32,000 nt of DNA, taken from positions 1,170,001 through 1,202,000 of the forward strand of contig NC_006138.1 in NCBI RefSeq assembly GCF_000025945.1, written 5' to 3'. The translations under genes were made by a program, and so were the position numbers. Shown one piece after another: positions 28,570 through 32,000 of this stretch; within the stretch, counting starts at the first letter, position 1; each line of letters begins with the position of its first letter. Below the pieces are notes generated by a model. That model was not told the origin of the DNA. It saw only the letters and a list, made by a program, of their open reading frames with translations, and made no database searches. Origin of the DNA: Desulfotalea psychrophila LSv54 (GTDB taxonomy: Bacteria > Desulfobacterota > Desulfobulbia > Desulfobulbales > Desulfocapsaceae).

Positions 28570-28867
28570 CTATCTTTTCTGCCGCATACCTTTGCCACTT
28601 AAAATCTGCTCGATATCCTTGTCACTAACAGATAAGTTGAAAAACTTCTGATAAAAAAAACGGATCTCTTGTTCTAGGTTAATATCCTTAAAATATTCAG
28701 GATATACCGTCTTGGCAGTCCATAAAATAGCAAGTGGTGTCTCTAGACCTCCTGGATGCCCCAACGAGAAATACTGATTGGTATCGAATAGACGAGTTTA
28801 TTTTTTACAGCATCAATCTGCGCCCATTTTTTGTCCCGATTAATGTCTTCTTTTACGGATGATTCAT
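28570..28867 (-). pseudogene. C-terminal fragment of ABC transporter periplasmic substrate-binding protein (iron/corrinoid type), frameshifted and truncated
   Basis: Minus-strand translation SSVKEDINRDKKWAQIDAVKK* then, in a shifted frame, GHPGGLETPLAILWTAKTVYPEYFKDINLEQEIRFFYQKFFNLSVSDKDIEQILSGKG; cut by the IS5-like end at 28868. Confidence 0.8.
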
Positions 28868-29765
28868 GGCCTTGTCGCATAAATCATGAGGGAAGAAAAT
28901 TATCTGCCCTCTACTCCATTCCATCTTAGCAAACAGCCTCTCGAACAGGCATTCCTAAAGCGGTAATCTTGTTTAAAGCTTTGATCGCAGCCCTAGCTGC
29001 TGGCACCCCGTATTCGCGGAGGCTTAATTTGTCACAGATCAACTGTTTGTAGCGATACATCGCTGTTTCAGTAAGAGACCATACGTGGATGAGCAAACAC
29101 CTTTGACTGCAATATGATAGCACTCTTTCGTATCCGGCGAATCGCCTGATATCTGCTCTATGCGTCGTCAAAGAGGATTCAAGAGATGCCCTAAAACTTT
29201 GGAGTATGAACGCGCTCTAGAGAGATTTCGCCACTTAGGCGATCAGTCTCGGCATCGATTGCAAGGTGAAGCTTACGCCAGGTTCTACGTTTGGAAGCCC
29301 CATGTTTTCTGACGATCCACTCTCCTTCGCCATGGTTTAGCCCCGTCGAATCGATATGCTTAATCGGCCCACGGCTTGGTAGTCTGTAATTCACCTAAAC
29401 TGTTTGGGCACGCCTGCTGACAGGTATATCAGGTGCCTGGAAGGTCGATATCCATCAGTTCTAAAAGTGAATTAAGAAAATCTTCAGTACCTCTGAGAGA
29501 AAGGCTGTAAATGGTTCCACATCAAACAGGTCGTGCATCATCAGTATACTTGCGACTACGGCCACGCTGTGCCGATGGTGTCGTGCTGTACCAACTTTTA
29601 GTCGCTTTCTTGTCCATCCAAAACGTCAACGCCATTGCTTTAGCGCTCTGTTGTATTCAGGCCAATTTGTCATCCTCTACTCTCTCTCATAACTCCCCCA
29701 ATGCTCTCCGTTACAAGAAAACATCATCGAGCAATGCCAGCAACTTCTATTTGTGCAACAAGGCC
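28868..29765 (-). mobile_element. Decayed, internally deleted IS5-family insertion sequence
   Basis: Ends GGCCTTGTCGCATAAATC (28868) and TTGTGCAACAAGGCC (29751-29765) form an imperfect inverted repeat; transposase fragments in between. Confidence 0.75.
28926..29690 (-). pseudogene. IS5-family transposase, multiple frameshifts/stops and internal deletion
   Basis: Fragments NWPEYNRALKQ / TARHHRHSVA.. / VNYRLPSRGPIKHIDSTGLNHGEGEWIVRKHGASKRRTWRKLHLAIDAETD / SLTETAMYRYKQLICDKLSLREYG...ALNKITALGMPVR. Confidence 0.85.
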
Positions 29766-29795
29766 TCCTGTTATGACAGTTTAAACTGTGATTTT

Positions 29796-29973
29796 AGTTG
29801 ATTATGGGCCCTTGAAGAATATTTGCTGTTAGGGTATTAATGTCTCTTGTGTCAAGGGACATGGGGATGCGCATCTCTCTTGCGAGAGACTGTGGGTGGA
29901 GGTTTTCGTGACCTATTCACTATGCGCAACATTATGTTTTAAGACGCTGTTGCACTTATTGTATTAACTCAGC
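29796..29973. repeat. Right-end arm of the 26-bp-terminus repeat family (copy D)
   Basis: AACTGTGATTTTAG...GACATGGGG...GTTTTAAGACGC then TGTTGCACTTATTGTATTAACTCAGC (29948-29973); alignable to 23085-23271 and 30900-31079. Confidence 0.7.
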
Positions 29974-30005
29974 ACTATGTAAACAAAATAAAAGGAGCTT
30001 TTTTT

Positions 30006-30398
30006 ATGAAGCAGTTAGATGATGTTTATCGTTCTTGTACACTGGAATATTTTGAAAGTGGAAAATATCGCATCATGATGCCAGAATTTCTTGCCCTCAA
30101 GAAAGAGGACAAAGCCATGATGTTGGATCTGCGTTCCAAAGAAGAAGCTGAGCTGGTGAGCCTGTCCTTCGCGCATAACATTCCCATTGCAGAGCTACCC
30201 GACCGTTTGGCTGAATTACCCCGGGACAAGGTCATCGTTACCTTCTGTGCCAGCAGCGTTCGTGCTGTGATGGCATTTGTCTATTTACAGGCTGCTGGCT
30301 TTAAAAATGTAAAAATTTTAACTGATAAATTGCAGGATTTGACCGCAAACTTCATGCCTCCGTTTGTTGCCAAGAATTACGATATCCTGAAGAAGTAA
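30006..30398 (+). CDS. Rhodanese-like domain protein
   Basis: 130 aa; MMLDLRSKEEAELVSLSFAHNIPIAELPDRLAELPRDKVIVTFCASSVRAVMAFVYLQAAGFKNVKIL, with C-x4-R active-site loop (CASSVR); RBS AAAGGAGC upstream. Confidence 0.92.
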   Translation: MKQLDDVYRSCTLEYFESGKYRIMMPEFLALKKEDKAMMLDLRSKEEAELVSLSFAHNIPIAELPDRLAELPRDKVIVTFCASSVRAVMAFVYLQAAGFKNVKILTDKLQDLTANFMPPFVAKNYDILKK

Positions 30399-30899
30399 TC
30401 TTCCTGCCTTCACAAAACCATTGTCCCGGTTTAATTTGGGCCAATGGTTTTCTCTCTTGCGCTAAACTTCCGCACAGAAAACAAAATAGCCATCTAACAG
30501 CATATTGAGGCTGTCCCTGTTAAGCCAGACACGGCTTTTATGCTTTTGATCCTGTCCGGATATTGTGGAGAGGGAACTAAGTCTTTGTAGTCATAGCAGA
30601 ATGAAGAGGTTTTTTATCTACGGTGTCCAGGTGCTTGGGCAACTGACCTTGAAAACTACCAGATCCAGCCAAACCCACTTACACTCGGGTGAATCCTCCA
30701 GGATCTTCTCTCTACGTCATAGCCTCACTAAGGGGCAACCATCCGTAGATCGTCGCCTTTTAGGTACATTTCTCGACCGCTCCCTTCCCTTGGTTGCGAC
30801 ATTCTCTACCCATGTAGATATATTTTACCTATAAAACAGTGTTCTAGGGGCATTTGCCCCGGTGGAGTTTTTAAATCTCCTGGTCTGGTAGCTTAGGCA

Positions 30900-31079
30900 T
30901 TGATTTTAGGTAATTATTGACCGCTTGAAATTCTTCCGTGCTAGGCATACAATGATTCTTATAATAAAAGACATGGGTGGAGGGAGTACCGTCTTGCGAG
31001 ATGTTGTGGGTGGAGGTTTCTGCGATCTATCCATTGCACTATGTTTAAGGTGCTGTTGCACTTATTGTACTCATTCAGC
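30900..31079. repeat. Right-end arm of the 26-bp-terminus repeat family (copy E)
   Basis: ATTGATTTTAGG...AAAGACATGGGTGGAGGGAGTACCGTCTTGCGAGATGTTGTGGG...ATGTTTAAGGTGC then TGTTGCACTTATTGTACTCATTCAGC (31054-31079). Confidence 0.7.
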
Positions 31080-31262
31080 CATTGAAGCATTTAACTCCCC
31101 TGAATAAGCTGAAAGAGTTTCATCAACTCAAACCAAATTTATTTAAGAAGCGACCAACCAATCGTCGGGAACCTAACATGTAAGTTTGTTCATTGCCTAT
31201 CTGGTGATGATTTTTGATCGCTACAACATGTTATGAGATGTTTTTATATAGGGGGCGTGTGG

Positions 31263-32000
31263 ATGAAGTGTAAACTGCTTTCGAATCGTTTTTCTAGGAT
31301 CATATGTGTCGTCAGCATCATTATGCTTGGTCTGTGGGGAGGTTCTCTCTATGCTGCGCAGGTATCGCAAAAATCTGATAATATAGTAGAAAAAGTTGTG
31401 GTGGAGGCAGCGAAAGATTCCTCGAAATCCGCTACATCGAGTCCACGTGCCACCCTACAGAATTTTCTTTCTGACGTTGATCGAGCTGTTGCTGATTGGC
31501 AACAAGGTATTCGTACCGAAGAGAGCGCTTGGGCATTTTTTCGTGCAACACAAATGCTTGATTTTGCTGGAGTTCCTGATAACGTCTCAGGAATTACTAA
31601 AATATCACGTATCCTTTTATTAAAAGATATCCTCGATCGGGTCAAGATCCCGGCAAGTGATCTGGTTCCCGGTGAGGCAGAAGTAGCTTCGAAAGATATT
31701 TCTACCTGGACCATTCCCGGAACACAAATAACTATTGCAAAGGTTGAGGATGGTTCCAAGGCAGGTGATTTTTTATTTTCCAAATATACCGTTGAAAATC
31801 TTGGCAGATTCCACCGGCAGATGGAGGATATACCTTACTCCTCTGGTGTCTCTTCCGGTTTATATGAACAGTTTAGAGATACTGCGCGTTCTAGTGACTA
31901 TTTTTCATCAAAAATTAGGATGCGCGATTTGTTACGAGGGGTTGATACATCAAGTCCTCGGTCAACCTTTGAGAGTTTTTTAAGTAATATCAATCAATCA
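31263..32000 (+). CDS. Probable MscS-family mechanosensitive channel, N-terminal periplasmic/signal region (3' end outside window)
   Basis: Open frame MKCKLLSNRFSRIICVVSIIMLGLWGGSLYAAQ...DISTWTIPGTQITIAKVEDGSKAGDFLFSKYTVENLGRFHRQMEDIPYSSG to window end; this N-terminal pattern is seen in large proteobacterial MscS homologues. Confidence 0.6.
   Translation, partial: MKCKLLSNRFSRIICVVSIIMLGLWGGSLYAAQVSQKSDNIVEKVVVEAAKDSSKSATSSPRATLQNFLSDVDRAVADWQQGIRTEESAWAFFRATQMLDFAGVPDNVSGITKISRILLLKDILDRVKIPASDLVPGEAEVASKDISTWTIPGTQITIAKVEDGSKAGDFLFSKYTVENLGRFHRQMEDIPYSSGVSSGLYEQFRDTARSSDYFSSKIRMRDLLRGVDTSSPRSTFESFLSNINQS

Noticed and set aside
29511-29801. 96-aa plus-strand ORF as a gene
   Set aside because: It is the antisense of the IS5 transposase N-terminal remnant.
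26133-29973. A 3.8-kb composite transposon carrying glk and the TiaS-like gene between the 26133 and 29948 ends
   Set aside because: A nearer right end at 26546-26571 pairs better with 26133, giving a simple 439-bp unit; no transposase for the large unit is visible.
1-32000. CRISPR array, toxin-antitoxin or restriction/defence module
   Set aside because: No regularly spaced direct repeats and no recognisable cas, toxin, methylase, nuclease or retron-type proteins among the ORFs.

Overview
The window reads like a deltaproteobacterial (Desulfobulbaceae / Desulfotalea-like) chromosome segment; that assignment is my inference from gene content. The left and centre (about 1-22.3 kb) are mostly intact genes: LysE-type exporter (partial), rarA, tRNA-Arg(TCG), iron-containing alcohol dehydrogenase with a strong terminator, a full-length phosphagen (arginine/creatine) kinase homologue, small membrane/lipoprotein genes, and an eight-gene minus-strand cluster (about 6.4-16.7 kb). 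That cluster encodes a six-subunit group-4-hydrogenase/complex-I-like membrane complex, followed by a sensor kinase and a sigma54-type response regulator. The large subunit has no CxxC pair anywhere, so it lacks the NiFe-ligand motifs. It therefore looks like an energy-converting hydrogenase-related (Ehr-type) complex of unknown substrate, not a formate hydrogenlyase, and it is the best candidate for a poorly described system. The right part (about 22.4-31.2 kb) is gene-poor and rich in decayed repeats. It holds a family of elements ending in about 26 bp of the type GCTGnnTTAnTACAATAAGTGCAACA, two IS5-family remnants, and a truncated ABC substrate-binding protein pseudogene. Intact genes there include glucokinase, a TiaS-like DDTD protein, a rhodanese, a repeat-containing lipoprotein, and the start of a probable MscS-type channel. 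A near-identical ~37-bp element sits about 75-80 bp upstream of two unrelated minus-strand genes. No CRISPR array, rRNA or phage module was seen.
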